A stretch of DNA of 46,896 bases. Origin: Candidatus Bathyarchaeia archaeon (GTDB taxonomy: Archaea; Thermoproteota; Bathyarchaeia; Bathyarchaeales; Bathycorpusculaceae). Where the stretch lies: positions 1-46,896 of the forward strand of contig JBEKGO010000019.1 of assembly GCA_050012755.1 (NCBI GenBank). Direction: 5' to 3'. The notes beneath the pieces were generated by a model. It was not told where the DNA came from, did no database searches, and saw only the letters and a list, made by a program, of their open reading frames with translations. The position numbers and the translations under genes were made by a program. Every line of letters starts with the position of its first letter. The stretch's first letter is position 1. Below, in pieces: positions 29,127 to 38,691 of this stretch.

Positions 29127-30608
29127 ATGGGCACAAGCAATCCCACTAACGCGAACTCGGCTACTCTAAAAGGTGGCTTCGGCTCAAGTTACACAACTAG
29201 AGTTCTCTTAACAATAACCGCAGTCTCGCTACTGATGAATTATGTTGAAACAATGGTTATTCCCGGTATATACGATATCCAAAAGGACCTATCAACTACA
29301 TCCACAATCGCATCATGGATCACTTCAGCCTTTCTAATTGTCGGAGCTGCCGTCTCACCGTTATTTGGAAAACTCGGCGACATTTACGGCAAAAAAAGAA
29401 TCTTCCTCACGGTTCTACTCTTCTATATTGCTGGAGTAGGCTTAGCTGGATTTGCCTCAAACATATACATGCTTATAGCTGCAAGAGCTGTCCAAGGCAT
29501 CGGCTTCGCCATAGTTCCATTGGGATTAGCCATAATTACGGATGTTTTCCCCAGAGAGCGAGTAGCCACCGCCCAGGGCATAATCAGCGGAACCTTCGCC
29601 ATCGGAGCCGCCGCAGGCCTAATCATAGGTGCCTACATTGTAGAAGACTTGAGCTGGCAATGGGCTTTCCACACAGCCTTCATTCTAAGCATAATTCTAT
29701 TCTTTGTGGCTTTAGTTGCACTAAAGAAAGATGTACCTGGCGAAAAGAGCAAAGTAGACGTCACAGGAGCAGCTATGTTAATGTCAGGCATAGTTCTTGT
29801 ACTGTTGTACTTAACCGAAGGCCCAACTTTAGGTTGGTTATCGCTTGAAAACATCGCGCTCCTAATACCAGGTATTATCTTAACTGTTGGCTTCTTTGCC
29901 TTCGAAAACAAACAAACCAGCCCACTTATCCAGTTGAGTTTGCTTAAAATCAGAAATGTCCTGATTTCAAACTTGGTGGGCATACTGTCCAGCATGTCCA
30001 TGTTTTTAGTGTTCTTTGCAGTCATTTACTACGCTCAATACCCAACATTTGGGCATTATGGGCTGGGTCTGAGCGTTATCAATACTGGATTGACACTTGC
30101 GCCTGCGACAATAGTGATGCTTATCGTTGGGCCATTGATGGGTAGGCTTGTAACCAGAATAGGGCCAAAACCCATCCTCATTTTGGGGGGATCAATCAGT
30201 ATTGTAGGTTTGCTGCTGTTTATTTTCTCAAGAGGAACCACAATGGAACTAACTATAGATGTAGCTGTCGCACTGGTAGGAGTCGTATCCCTGATTATAC
30301 CGATAGTGAACATGATTTCTGTGTCGGTGCCTAAAGAAAACACAGCGGTCGGTTTAGGGATGAACACCATGTTGCGAAACCTCGGAGGCGCTGTAGGTCC
30401 AGTTCTCGCTACAACCCTAATTTCCACATACTACGACAAAGTTGGACCGCCAATACTGCCAACAGTCATGGAGTTCGGGAACAAAACTGCCTTTAACACA
30501 ATATTCGCCATAGGCATCGGCTTAATGATAATGATAATTGCACTGAGCCTAACAGCCAAAAACTATACATTCACCAAAAACAACGGAAAAAAAGAAGAAA
30601 AACAATAG
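29127..30608 (+). CDS. MFS transporter, 14-TM drug/H+ antiporter type
   Basis: GKLGDIYGKKR motif A, RAVQGIG, multiple TMs; ATG at 29127. Confidence 0.92.
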   Translation: MGTSNPTNANSATLKGGFGSSYTTRVLLTITAVSLLMNYVETMVIPGIYDIQKDLSTTSTIASWITSAFLIVGAAVSPLFGKLGDIYGKKRIFLTVLLFYIAGVGLAGFASNIYMLIAARAVQGIGFAIVPLGLAIITDVFPRERVATAQGIISGTFAIGAAAGLIIGAYIVEDLSWQWAFHTAFILSIILFFVALVALKKDVPGEKSKVDVTGAAMLMSGIVLVLLYLTEGPTLGWLSLENIALLIPGIILTVGFFAFENKQTSPLIQLSLLKIRNVLISNLVGILSSMSMFLVFFAVIYYAQYPTFGHYGLGLSVINTGLTLAPATIVMLIVGPLMGRLVTRIGPKPILILGGSISIVGLLLFIFSRGTTMELTIDVAVALVGVVSLIIPIVNMISVSVPKENTAVGLGMNTMLRNLGGAVGPVLATTLISTYYDKVGPPILPTVMEFGNKTAFNTIFAIGIGLMIMIIALSLTAKNYTFTKNNGKKEEKQ

Positions 30609-30730
30609 CAAACGGCCTGGTAAGAGCCTTTCTTTTCTTTATTCCATTCCATACCACAGTGCAGATTATTTGAGACCGCTTAAGGGGGGCTACTTTTGCT
30701 TGGTTATTTAGCTGGCTAAAAGCAGTTTTT

Positions 30731-31375
30731 TTAGGGTGTCAGTGGTTTTCCGCAATTGGGACAGAAAGCAGTGTTTGGTTGTACTGGTGCGCCGCAGTTC
30801 GGGCAGAACCGAGTTAATTGTGCAGGCGGTGGAGTTGCTGCTGGTGTTGGTGGAGGTGGTACATAAGAGGTCGGCTGTGAAGCTTCTTTTATTGAGAAGA
30901 ATGCAATTGTGGCAAATATCCAAGCGATAAATATTAGCACTAAGCCGATGAATACAATTGTTAATATTGCGCCTATCCAAAGTAGGAATCCAGCTGTTTC
31001 AAAGGAATGCTCTCCTGTTTTTTGGGCAAGCGATGAGAATGCTCTCTTTAGGTACATCGCGGCAATTACGTAAAAGATGAAAACAACTACAAGTACCGCG
31101 AATATAGTAAATATTGCACCGATTCCAGGCGTAAATATGCCGATTGTAAAAGCTAATATAAGGCCTGCAGTTAGCGCAACCAGCGCGATAATTCCGAATA
31201 TTAGACCCATAAGCGCGTTTTGGTAAATGCTTGGTTCCTTATAGTAATCTGCCAGCCCTTTCATGCCGATGAACACTAGGATTAAACCTATGATTCCGAC
31301 TACGGGAATAAAGCTGAGAAAAAGTAATATTGCGCCAATGCTAGCTAAGTTCTTGCTTGATTCAAAGCTACTCAT
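30731..31375 (-). CDS. DUF996-like membrane protein with Pro-rich linker and Zn ribbon
   Basis: GMKGLADYYKEPSIY, LAQKTGEHSFETAG, CPNCG x2. Confidence 0.8.
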   Translation of the reverse strand: MSSFESSKNLASIGAILLFLSFIPVVGIIGLILVFIGMKGLADYYKEPSIYQNALMGLIFGIIALVALTAGLILAFTIGIFTPGIGAIFTIFAVLVVVFIFYVIAAMYLKRAFSSLAQKTGEHSFETAGFLLWIGAILTIVFIGLVLIFIAWIFATIAFFSIKEASQPTSYVPPPPTPAATPPPAQLTRFCPNCGAPVQPNTAFCPNCGKPLTP

Positions 31376-31524
31376 TATTCTTTACCTCGATAAAACCGCA
31401 TTTATGTTGTGGGCAGATAAAAGCTTTTGCAATCATGTCAGCGCTTGTCCACTGGAAACGAGCTTGCCAAAAGCGTAACAGTAAATAAAACGTCTTCCTA
31501 TAAAACAGTAAAGGAGACACTCAT

Positions 31525-33057
31525 TTGACTAATAGTATAAGCTCGGTTTACAGTAATCTTTTAGCCAAAATTAAAGACGTTACCGTATTGGGAACGGCTG
31601 GAGGCATTATTCACTGGGATATGGAGACAAAGATGCCGCCAGGAGGTGTAGAGCAACGCAGCGAGCAACTTGCATTGTTGAGTCGGATCCAACATAAATT
31701 AGCTACTGACCCAGAAATAGGAAAACTCTTAAACATCATAAAAACAAGCTCAGAATACGAAACGCTGAGCCAAGTGGAAAAACGCAACCTTTACCTTATC
31801 AGAAAAAGTTACCTGGAACAAACCAGTTTACCAGAAAAACTAGTTGCCGATCTAGCCAAACAAGAAGCATTAACAGTAAATGTTTGGAAAAAAGCCAAGG
31901 CTCAAAAAAACTTTAACCTCTTCAAACCCAACTTGGAAAAGCTTTTAGACTTAAACAAACAAGCGGCAGAAATACTCATGAAAGTTAAAGAAACCAAAAC
32001 ACCATACGAAGCGTTGATTGATAATTTTGAACCTAAAATGACTGCAACTCAAATTACAGCAACCTTTACTCAACTCCAGCAAGGCTTAAGGAAGCTAATA
32101 AGCCGAATTCAAGCCAGCCAAAACAGGCCAGATACAGCGATGCTTAATCAGTCGGTTTCAACTGAAAAACAACGCAAAATAACGCAACTCATCACACAAA
32201 CACTGGGATACGACATCTCCTCACCAGAAGCTCGCGGAAGAGTAGACGAGACAGAGCATCCCTTCACCACAGGCTACTATGATGATGTCCGCATAACCAC
32301 CCATTACCACTTAAACAGCTATGCAAGCTCCATCTTTTCCGTCCTTCATGAAACAGGACATGCACTCTATGAGCAAAATCTGAATCCAAAATGGAAGTAT
32401 CAACCTGTAGGGTCAGCATGCTCATACGGAATTCATGAGTCACAGTCTCGTTTCTATGAAAATGTAATTGGCCGCTCGGAAGAGTTCTGGACATACTTTA
32501 TGCCAAAAATAAAGAAAACTGCTTCTAGTCTTGCCAATGTTGAATTGGAAAAGTTTGTGCGAGCTATAAACAAAGTTGAGCTATCCAAAATACGTATTGA
32601 AGCGGATGAGGTAACTTATAATTTGCATATAATTATCCGATTTGAAATTGAAAGAGACCTCTTCGCCGAAAAAATTTCAGTAAAAGAGCTTCCTCAGGTG
32701 TGGAATGAGAAATATTCACAGTATCTTGGTGTCACGGTTGAAAATGACTCTGAAGGAGTAATGCAAGATACACATTGGGCAAGCGGATTATACGGTTATT
32801 TCCCAAGCTACGCACTCGGGAACATTTACAGTGGGCAAATAGTCGCCGCCGTTACCAGAGACCTGCCAGACTGGCGAAAAGAGCTTACTAAAGGAAACCT
32901 ACAGCACATTAACGAATGGCTAAAGACTAATATCCACAGTCAAGGCAACCTCTTTGACCCAGAAGAACTCATAAAAAAAGCAACTGGAAAAACTCTGGAT
33001 GCCCAACCTTACCTAAAATACCTAAATACAAAATACTCAAAGCTTTATGGGTTTTGA
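31525..33057 (+). CDS. Carboxypeptidase, M32 (Taq) family
   Basis: HPF, DVRITT, HETGH (HEXXH), HESQS, IRIEAD, GVMQDTHW, YFPSYALG. Confidence 0.96.
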   Translation: MTNSISSVYSNLLAKIKDVTVLGTAGGIIHWDMETKMPPGGVEQRSEQLALLSRIQHKLATDPEIGKLLNIIKTSSEYETLSQVEKRNLYLIRKSYLEQTSLPEKLVADLAKQEALTVNVWKKAKAQKNFNLFKPNLEKLLDLNKQAAEILMKVKETKTPYEALIDNFEPKMTATQITATFTQLQQGLRKLISRIQASQNRPDTAMLNQSVSTEKQRKITQLITQTLGYDISSPEARGRVDETEHPFTTGYYDDVRITTHYHLNSYASSIFSVLHETGHALYEQNLNPKWKYQPVGSACSYGIHESQSRFYENVIGRSEEFWTYFMPKIKKTASSLANVELEKFVRAINKVELSKIRIEADEVTYNLHIIIRFEIERDLFAEKISVKELPQVWNEKYSQYLGVTVENDSEGVMQDTHWASGLYGYFPSYALGNIYSGQIVAAVTRDLPDWRKELTKGNLQHINEWLKTNIHSQGNLFDPEELIKKATGKTLDAQPYLKYLNTKYSKLYGF

Positions 33058-33269
33058 AGAGGCAGTTTCTTAGTCAATTCCTTATAAACATAGATGATGA
33101 TGTAAGCTGCGATTGCACCGATTGAAAGATAAAGACCTGTGAATCCAATAGTCTCATATTGAAAAGGCTGCGCACTAGTGCCGCCCCATAAAGAAATGTT
33201 AGCGCCTATCACAAACAGTAAAAAGCCAATTATGAATGCGCCTAAACAGGTCCAGTCAGTCCATGACAC
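33045..33269 (-). CDS. Small 2-TM membrane protein
   Basis: GTG start with GTGAGGT SD; two hydrophobic helices. Confidence 0.65.
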   Translation of the reverse strand: MSWTDWTCLGAFIIGFLLFVIGANISLWGGTSAQPFQYETIGFTGLYLSIGAIAAYIIIYVYKELTKKLPLQNP

Positions 33270-33424
33270 CGAATTACCTCACATCACGAATTCAATAAAA
33301 CCTATGATATATAGACTTACCTTTAATTTTTCAAGAAACTGCGGCTACCGCAAAAATGAAATATAATATTTTCAAACGTAGCATATAGTGGCGGCAGATA
33401 TCCTTAATATTTTTTTCTGAGCAT

Positions 33425-33482
33425 CCGACATTTTTATATATAAGATAAACTAAGAGAGCGCTGAGGCTAGAAAAAATGTCGG
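33425..33482. repeat. Perfect 11-bp inverted repeat CCGACATTTTT-N36-AAAAATGTCGG around the fae-hps promoter and start codon
   Basis: Arms at 33425-33435 and 33472-33482; TATA-like TTTATATATAA at 33433-33443; ATG at 33476. Confidence 0.8.
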
Positions 33483-34915
33483 GATCAGAGGTAAAAAAGC
33501 CAGAAACAAGAGAAGAATTTATCAAAATACTTACAGAAGCAGCAAAAAAAGAAGCAGGCCTAAAAAATAGGCCATCAAAACCGACAGTTATTGGAACTGC
33601 TAAAGAAATGGAAATTCACAGAGACACCCTCTATACATGGCTAAAAGAATTTAATGTCGATTTCAAAGAAATCGTTGACCGCATGCCGACAATCGCTGAC
33701 GATGTGGAGGAAGATTCAGGACCCACCTACCTAATCGGCGAATCATTGCTAGGGGAAGGAAACGAAGTTGCACACATTGACCTGATGATAGGTGACAAGA
33801 ACGGACCTATTGGACAAGCATTCGCCAATGGCATGTCACAATTATCAGCCGGCCACACACCAGTTCTTGCAGTAATCAGACCTAACCTGCCGCCAAAACC
33901 ACACACACTCATCGTGCCAAAAGTCACCATCAAAAACATGGAAGATACGGGCAAGATTTTCGGTCCAGCACAAGCAGCGGTCGCAAAAGCCATCGCTGAC
34001 TCAGCCGAAGAAGGAGTTATCCCAGCAAACAAGCTAGACAGTTGGGTTATTATTTGCAGTGTCTTCATTCATCCAAAAGCTACTGATTTTCGCAAAATAT
34101 ACCAATACAACTATGGCGCAACAAAAATGGCGCTACAACGAGCCCTAAAGAATTACCCGTCACTAGAAAAGATCATCTACGAGAAAGACCGCTCGAAGCA
34201 TCCAATCATGGGATTCAAAGTTCCGCGCCTGTGGAGACCACCATACCTACAAATCTCGCTTGACGCACCCTCACTTGAAAACGCCAAGAAAATCCTATCT
34301 CAACTTCCAGGCAGCGATAGAATCATCATTGAAGTTGGCACACCCTTAATCAAACGCTACGGAACAAGAGTAATCAATGATTTAAGAACAGTCGCTAGAG
34401 ACTTTTTCATGGTTGCAGACCTGAAAACACTTGATGTTGGAAAAGTTGAAGCAGACATAGCTTACGAAGACACCGCGGATGCAGTAGTTGCAGCAGGATT
34501 AGCACCGCCAGAAACCCTTGACGCATTCGTTCATGAAGCTAAGCGTCTTGGAATATACGCAGTTATCGACATGCTAAACGTTGAAGATGTACTTGGGAAA
34601 CTCAAATCACTAAAAGAATTTCCAGACATTGTCATATTGCACAGAGGCATTGATCAAGAAAGTGGAAGAACATGTGGACTTGAACGGATAAAGATTATAC
34701 GTCAAGCATTTATTGGCAAAAAGTTCCTAATTGCAGTCGCGGGTGGCATAGTGCCAGAAACAGCTAAAGAAGCATTAGAACAAGGCGCAGACATACTCAT
34801 AGTCGGCAGATACGTGACACAGTCAAAAGACGTTGAACATGCGATACGAGACTTCCTTGAGTTAACCCCAAGCATGCGCGAAGACATCGACCTATTCAGA
34901 GTACACACAGAATAA
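33476..34915 (+). CDS. fae-hps: Bifunctional formaldehyde-activating enzyme / 3-hexulose-6-phosphate synthase with extra N-terminal HTH
   Basis: Fae: GEGNEVAHIDLMIG, FGPAQAAVAKA, YNYGATK; Hps: EVGTPLIK, DLKTLD, LHRGID, AVAGGI, VGR; aa 37-59 look like a Fis-type HTH. Confidence 0.93.
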   Translation: MSGSEVKKPETREEFIKILTEAAKKEAGLKNRPSKPTVIGTAKEMEIHRDTLYTWLKEFNVDFKEIVDRMPTIADDVEEDSGPTYLIGESLLGEGNEVAHIDLMIGDKNGPIGQAFANGMSQLSAGHTPVLAVIRPNLPPKPHTLIVPKVTIKNMEDTGKIFGPAQAAVAKAIADSAEEGVIPANKLDSWVIICSVFIHPKATDFRKIYQYNYGATKMALQRALKNYPSLEKIIYEKDRSKHPIMGFKVPRLWRPPYLQISLDAPSLENAKKILSQLPGSDRIIIEVGTPLIKRYGTRVINDLRTVARDFFMVADLKTLDVGKVEADIAYEDTADAVVAAGLAPPETLDAFVHEAKRLGIYAVIDMLNVEDVLGKLKSLKEFPDIVILHRGIDQESGRTCGLERIKIIRQAFIGKKFLIAVAGGIVPETAKEALEQGADILIVGRYVTQSKDVEHAIRDFLELTPSMREDIDLFRVHTE

Positions 34916-34968
34916 ACCAAGAATTTGAGCCGAAAAGGCTCGCTCAATTTTTTTCTTTTCCCAGTTTT

Positions 34969-36213
34969 TTACCGGAATATTTTTAGTGCTATAAAGGCAA
35001 CCAAGAAGATTACAGCTGCGATCAGAAAGCATGGAACGTAATTAAAATTGTTAGGAAGATAATTAAAGCTGTTCGCAAGGAAAGGTCCAAGAAAGGCACC
35101 TATTGCAGCGCCTAAACCAACCATTCCATCGAAAAAGCCGGCTTTACCCTCAGGAATTATTTCCATTGACAGCGAAAGCATCATAATATAATACATTGCA
35201 TAAGCGAAGCCAATACAAACAAGAAGAACACATGTTAAGATTGTAGGTGCAACGGCAAGCAAAATCACTCCAACCAGAGTAAAAACGATAAGGCTACGCA
35301 ATAGTATGAACCGAGGCATTTGTTTCCTTATATCCATCGACCTTGCTCGCCCGCGAATTAAGAAGTAACCCGCGGTTGATCCAAGAGAGTTAAGAATGTA
35401 AGCCAGATAGACATACTGCTGTTGACCCCCGAAGATTTGTTTGAGGTAAATGGGCAGAGGAGTGAAGAAAAGGCTTGTTGCAAGAGCAAACAAAACTATT
35501 GCGAAAGCAAATCCTAGGAAACTTTCCTCTTTTAATGAGCCGTCCCAACGTAACCCATCCATAAGTCTAGATGATCCTTCAAAACCACGATTTGTAAAAT
35601 CAAGCTTCCTCTCTATGCCAACCAAGCGTCTTTCAAAAACCATTAACGGATCAGCTATCAACAAAACTGCTAGGACAAAAGCAACCACGCTTAAGCCACT
35701 ACAAAGATAAAAAGCGTAATTTGACAAAACAGAAAAGCTAAGAGCAGAAGCAAATAGAAACATTCCAGCGGCTAAGCCAATAATAAACCCAATTTCAGTG
35801 AGCCCTTCATAGAACCCGAAAGATTTCTCCCAATCATTGCGACTATAATGTTCAGTAACAAGCACATTTTTCGGTGATTCATGAGCCACATGAAGCATCT
35901 GCATAACAACATACAAGACAACAAAAACGACCAGATTTTGAGCGAATGAAAGTGTCATAAGGAAAAGAATTACAGCAATCGAAGCGAAAGAAAGCAGAAT
36001 AAAAACCTTGTAATGACGTGTCCTATCGCAAAGGTATCCCCAAAGAAATGAAGCAGGTATCGAGCAGAATATGGCTATGGAAGTCATGACTCCAAGAGCA
36101 AGCAGTGGTCCGCCTAAGATGCTGGTGTTTTTGAAAACTATTACATAAAGCGGTATGAAAACTGTTAGTAACCCGAACGCCATGTCATGGAAGAAGAAAC
36201 CCAACCGCCACAT
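34969..36213 (-). CDS. MFS transporter (12 TM)
   Basis: WGYLCDRTRHYK motif A-like, about 12 hydrophobic segments. Confidence 0.85.
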   Translation of the reverse strand: MWRLGFFFHDMAFGLLTVFIPLYVIVFKNTSILGGPLLALGVMTSIAIFCSIPASFLWGYLCDRTRHYKVFILLSFASIAVILFLMTLSFAQNLVVFVVLYVVMQMLHVAHESPKNVLVTEHYSRNDWEKSFGFYEGLTEIGFIIGLAAGMFLFASALSFSVLSNYAFYLCSGLSVVAFVLAVLLIADPLMVFERRLVGIERKLDFTNRGFEGSSRLMDGLRWDGSLKEESFLGFAFAIVLFALATSLFFTPLPIYLKQIFGGQQQYVYLAYILNSLGSTAGYFLIRGRARSMDIRKQMPRFILLRSLIVFTLVGVILLAVAPTILTCVLLVCIGFAYAMYYIMMLSLSMEIIPEGKAGFFDGMVGLGAAIGAFLGPFLANSFNYLPNNFNYVPCFLIAAVIFLVAFIALKIFR

Positions 36214-36361
36214 AGCAAAAAGACGACTTCAAAGTTGCATTAAAGCTTTTGGCTAAACAAGAATAGTTTGCTTAGAAAGTAGGCATGAAATAATATTTTC
36301 TCATAAATCCTTAATAGAGAGTTGCCCAATTTCATACAGCGCTGGAGAGTTAAGCAGCAAA

Positions 36362-36754
36362 ATGGCAAAATTTAAGGTAATAGTATCAGATCCTGAAGCA
36401 GGAACTTCAAAAGTAGTTGAACTTGAAGAGGTACGTGCAGTTCCATTTATCGGTAGAAGACTTGGAGAAATAATAGATGGCGCAATAGTAGATCTACCAG
36501 CGCATAAAGTGCAAATAATGGGCGGCTCCGATAAAGATGGTGTTCCCATGAGAGGAAATGTTCATGGTGGTGTCCGTCGAAAAGTTGTGCTTAGCGGTGG
36601 AGCAGGCTTCAACCCCAAAAAAAGTGGAGAAAGAAGACGTAAAACAGTTCGCGGAAGCACAATTACAGATGAAATTGCACAGATTAACATGAAGATTGTT
36701 GAAAAACCTGCCGGAAAAGCTGCCGAAGCGAAACCTCAACAAGTTGCAAAATAA
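36362..36754 (+). CDS. rps6e: 30S ribosomal protein S6e (eS6)
   Basis: FKVIVSDP, GGSDKDGVPM, GERRRKTVRG. Confidence 0.97.
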   Translation: MAKFKVIVSDPEAGTSKVVELEEVRAVPFIGRRLGEIIDGAIVDLPAHKVQIMGGSDKDGVPMRGNVHGGVRRKVVLSGGAGFNPKKSGERRRKTVRGSTITDEIAQINMKIVEKPAGKAAEAKPQQVAK

Positions 36755-36841
36755 TGAAAAGCTTGAACAGAGTGCTTAAAACTTATAAAGTAGCCAATAG
36801 TTCATTCATATTTCATCAGTTTATGTTGAGAAGAGAACAAA

Positions 36842-38095
36842 ATGAGTAACACTAGCAAAGCCTTACCAAAGCAGCCAGAAGTCAACGTAGGCACCATTGG
36901 CCACGTAGACCATGGCAAAACAACTTTGGTACAAGCATTGACTGGTGTCTGGGCTTCTAGGCACAGCGAAGAACTCAAAAGAGGAATCACCATAAAACTG
37001 GGCTATGCTGATATGCCTATTTACAAGTGCCCAAAATGTGAGACCCCAAGAAACTATACAATTAAGCCTTATTGCGAACAATGTAATTCTGAAGCAGAAT
37101 TTGTTCGAGCTATAAGTTTTGTTGATGCTCCTGGGCATGAAGCATTAATGGCTACGATGCTTTCTGGCGCGGCAATCATGGATGGGGCAATTTTGGTTAT
37201 TGCGGCTGATGAACCGTGTCCTCAACCGCAGACACGAGAACACCTTGCAGCTGCTGAAGTTAGCGGTATAAAGAACTTGATTATTGTTCAGAACAAAATC
37301 GACATTGTCGATGAAAAAAGAGCACTAGAGAGTTATAAAGAAATCAAAAATTTCATCAAGGGCACTGTAGCTGAGAAAGCTCCAATTATTCCAATCTCAG
37401 CCCAACGCGGAATAAACATAGACGTCTTGCTTAATGCTATTGAAACAATTATTCCAACGCCGAAAAGAGATGAGACCAAACCGCCGCTCATGTTCATTAT
37501 CCGCTCTTTCGATATTAACAAACCTGGAACCACCATTGAGGCGCTAGAAGGCGGAATCATCGGTGGAACGATTGCTCAAGGAAAATTCGTGGTTGGAGAA
37601 GAAATAGAAATACGACCAGGCATCAGCGCTGAAAGAGAAGGAAAAACAGTTTATGATCCATTAACCAGCGAAATAGTTAGTTTGAATGCAGGCGAAAAAA
37701 GCGTCAAAGAAGCTACATGCGGAGGACTAATTGGAGTAGGAACTTGCCTTGATCCCTCTTATGCAAAGGCAGACGGCTTAACAGGCAGTATAGCTGGAAA
37801 AGCAGGAATGCTTCCGCCAACATTAACAGAGCTCACTTTAGAAACTCACGTTTTAGAACGTGCGGTAGGGACAAAAGAGTTATTGAAAGTTGAAAAATTT
37901 AATCCAGAAGAAGTTCTCCTGCTTCACGTTGGCGCAGCAGTAAACGTTGGCAAAATTCTCTCAATAAAACAAAACGTCATCAAAGTTAAATTAACTAGAC
38001 CCATTTGCGCGTTGCCAGGTTCCAGAGTTGCCATCAGCAGAAAAATCACTGCTCGCTGGAGACTCATTGGATATGGGCTTATTTTAACAAAGTAA
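36842..38095 (+). CDS. eif2g: Translation initiation factor 2 gamma subunit
   Basis: QPEVNVGTIGHVDHGKTT, Zn knuckle, DAPGHE, NKID, WRLIGYG. Confidence 0.97.
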   Translation: MSNTSKALPKQPEVNVGTIGHVDHGKTTLVQALTGVWASRHSEELKRGITIKLGYADMPIYKCPKCETPRNYTIKPYCEQCNSEAEFVRAISFVDAPGHEALMATMLSGAAIMDGAILVIAADEPCPQPQTREHLAAAEVSGIKNLIIVQNKIDIVDEKRALESYKEIKNFIKGTVAEKAPIIPISAQRGINIDVLLNAIETIIPTPKRDETKPPLMFIIRSFDINKPGTTIEALEGGIIGGTIAQGKFVVGEEIEIRPGISAEREGKTVYDPLTSEIVSLNAGEKSVKEATCGGLIGVGTCLDPSYAKADGLTGSIAGKAGMLPPTLTELTLETHVLERAVGTKELLKVEKFNPEEVLLLHVGAAVNVGKILSIKQNVIKVKLTRPICALPGSRVAISRKITARWRLIGYGLILTK

Positions 38096-38104
38096 AAAAA
38101 TTGG

Positions 38105-38542
38105 TTAATCTGTAGGCTTTATTATGCCGTTTTTCTTTAAAAATTCATTTGCCTTTTGCAGCACATCTTTAGCGTTTTTGAAAGAGAGTTTTTCCATGGC
38201 ATGCTGGTAATCCAACCAGATATAGCCAATATGCTCAAAAGACAACTGCACTTTGTCAGTGTATGACTCCATTACAAAAAACACCACTTCTTTGTGTACC
38301 GTCAAGCCTTGCCTTCTGTAAAAATAAGCAATTGGCTCTCTGAAACTTTCCACAAACTGGGCGTCAATTATTCCTGTTTCTTCTTGCAGTTCACGAACGA
38401 CAGTTTGCTTTTCAGTTTCGCCTGGTTCCACGTTGCCCTTAACAAAATCCCAATGTCCCGCCGCATAATTGAGAAGAAGATACTTTGTCATCTCATCCTT
38501 CTTAAAGAAGACAACTGCACCACAGGATTTCTCACGAAGCAT
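38105..38542 (-). CDS. NUDIX hydrolase (Ap4A hydrolase-like)
   Basis: EKSCGAVVF, HWDFVKGNVEPGE...RELQEETG Nudix box, LSFEH. Confidence 0.9.
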   Translation of the reverse strand: MLREKSCGAVVFFKKDEMTKYLLLNYAAGHWDFVKGNVEPGETEKQTVVRELQEETGIIDAQFVESFREPIAYFYRRQGLTVHKEVVFFVMESYTDKVQLSFEHIGYIWLDYQHAMEKLSFKNAKDVLQKANEFLKKNGIIKPTD

Positions 38543-38691
38543 ACATTACACCCAACTGTTTCTCAATTCATTTACTTATTGTATTTAAAGTGATAGCAAG
38601 TTTGAGGTTATGAAGCATCTAAATCAAACATAACGTATTAAAAATTTTTAAGCATCCAAACAAATTTTTAATGAAATAGGAGACAAATCAA

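Noticed and set aside
29315-29848. 177-aa alternative-frame ORF inside the MFS gene, and the other overlapping or antisense ORFs in the track (e.g. 2959-3402, 4279-4722, 13688-14110, 40645-41043)
   Set aside because: Shadows of well-supported genes; composition is not protein-like and no motifs are present
31447-31460. GTCCACTGGAAACG resembling an archaeal ORB element
   Set aside because: Single copy, no G-string, no cdc6/orc1 nearby and no paired ORB around an AT-rich unwinding element
28142-31500. Possible island integrated at tRNA-Glu (C2H2, TetR, MFS, DUF996)
   Set aside because: No integrase and no duplicate of the tRNA 3' end seen; no obvious compositional shift
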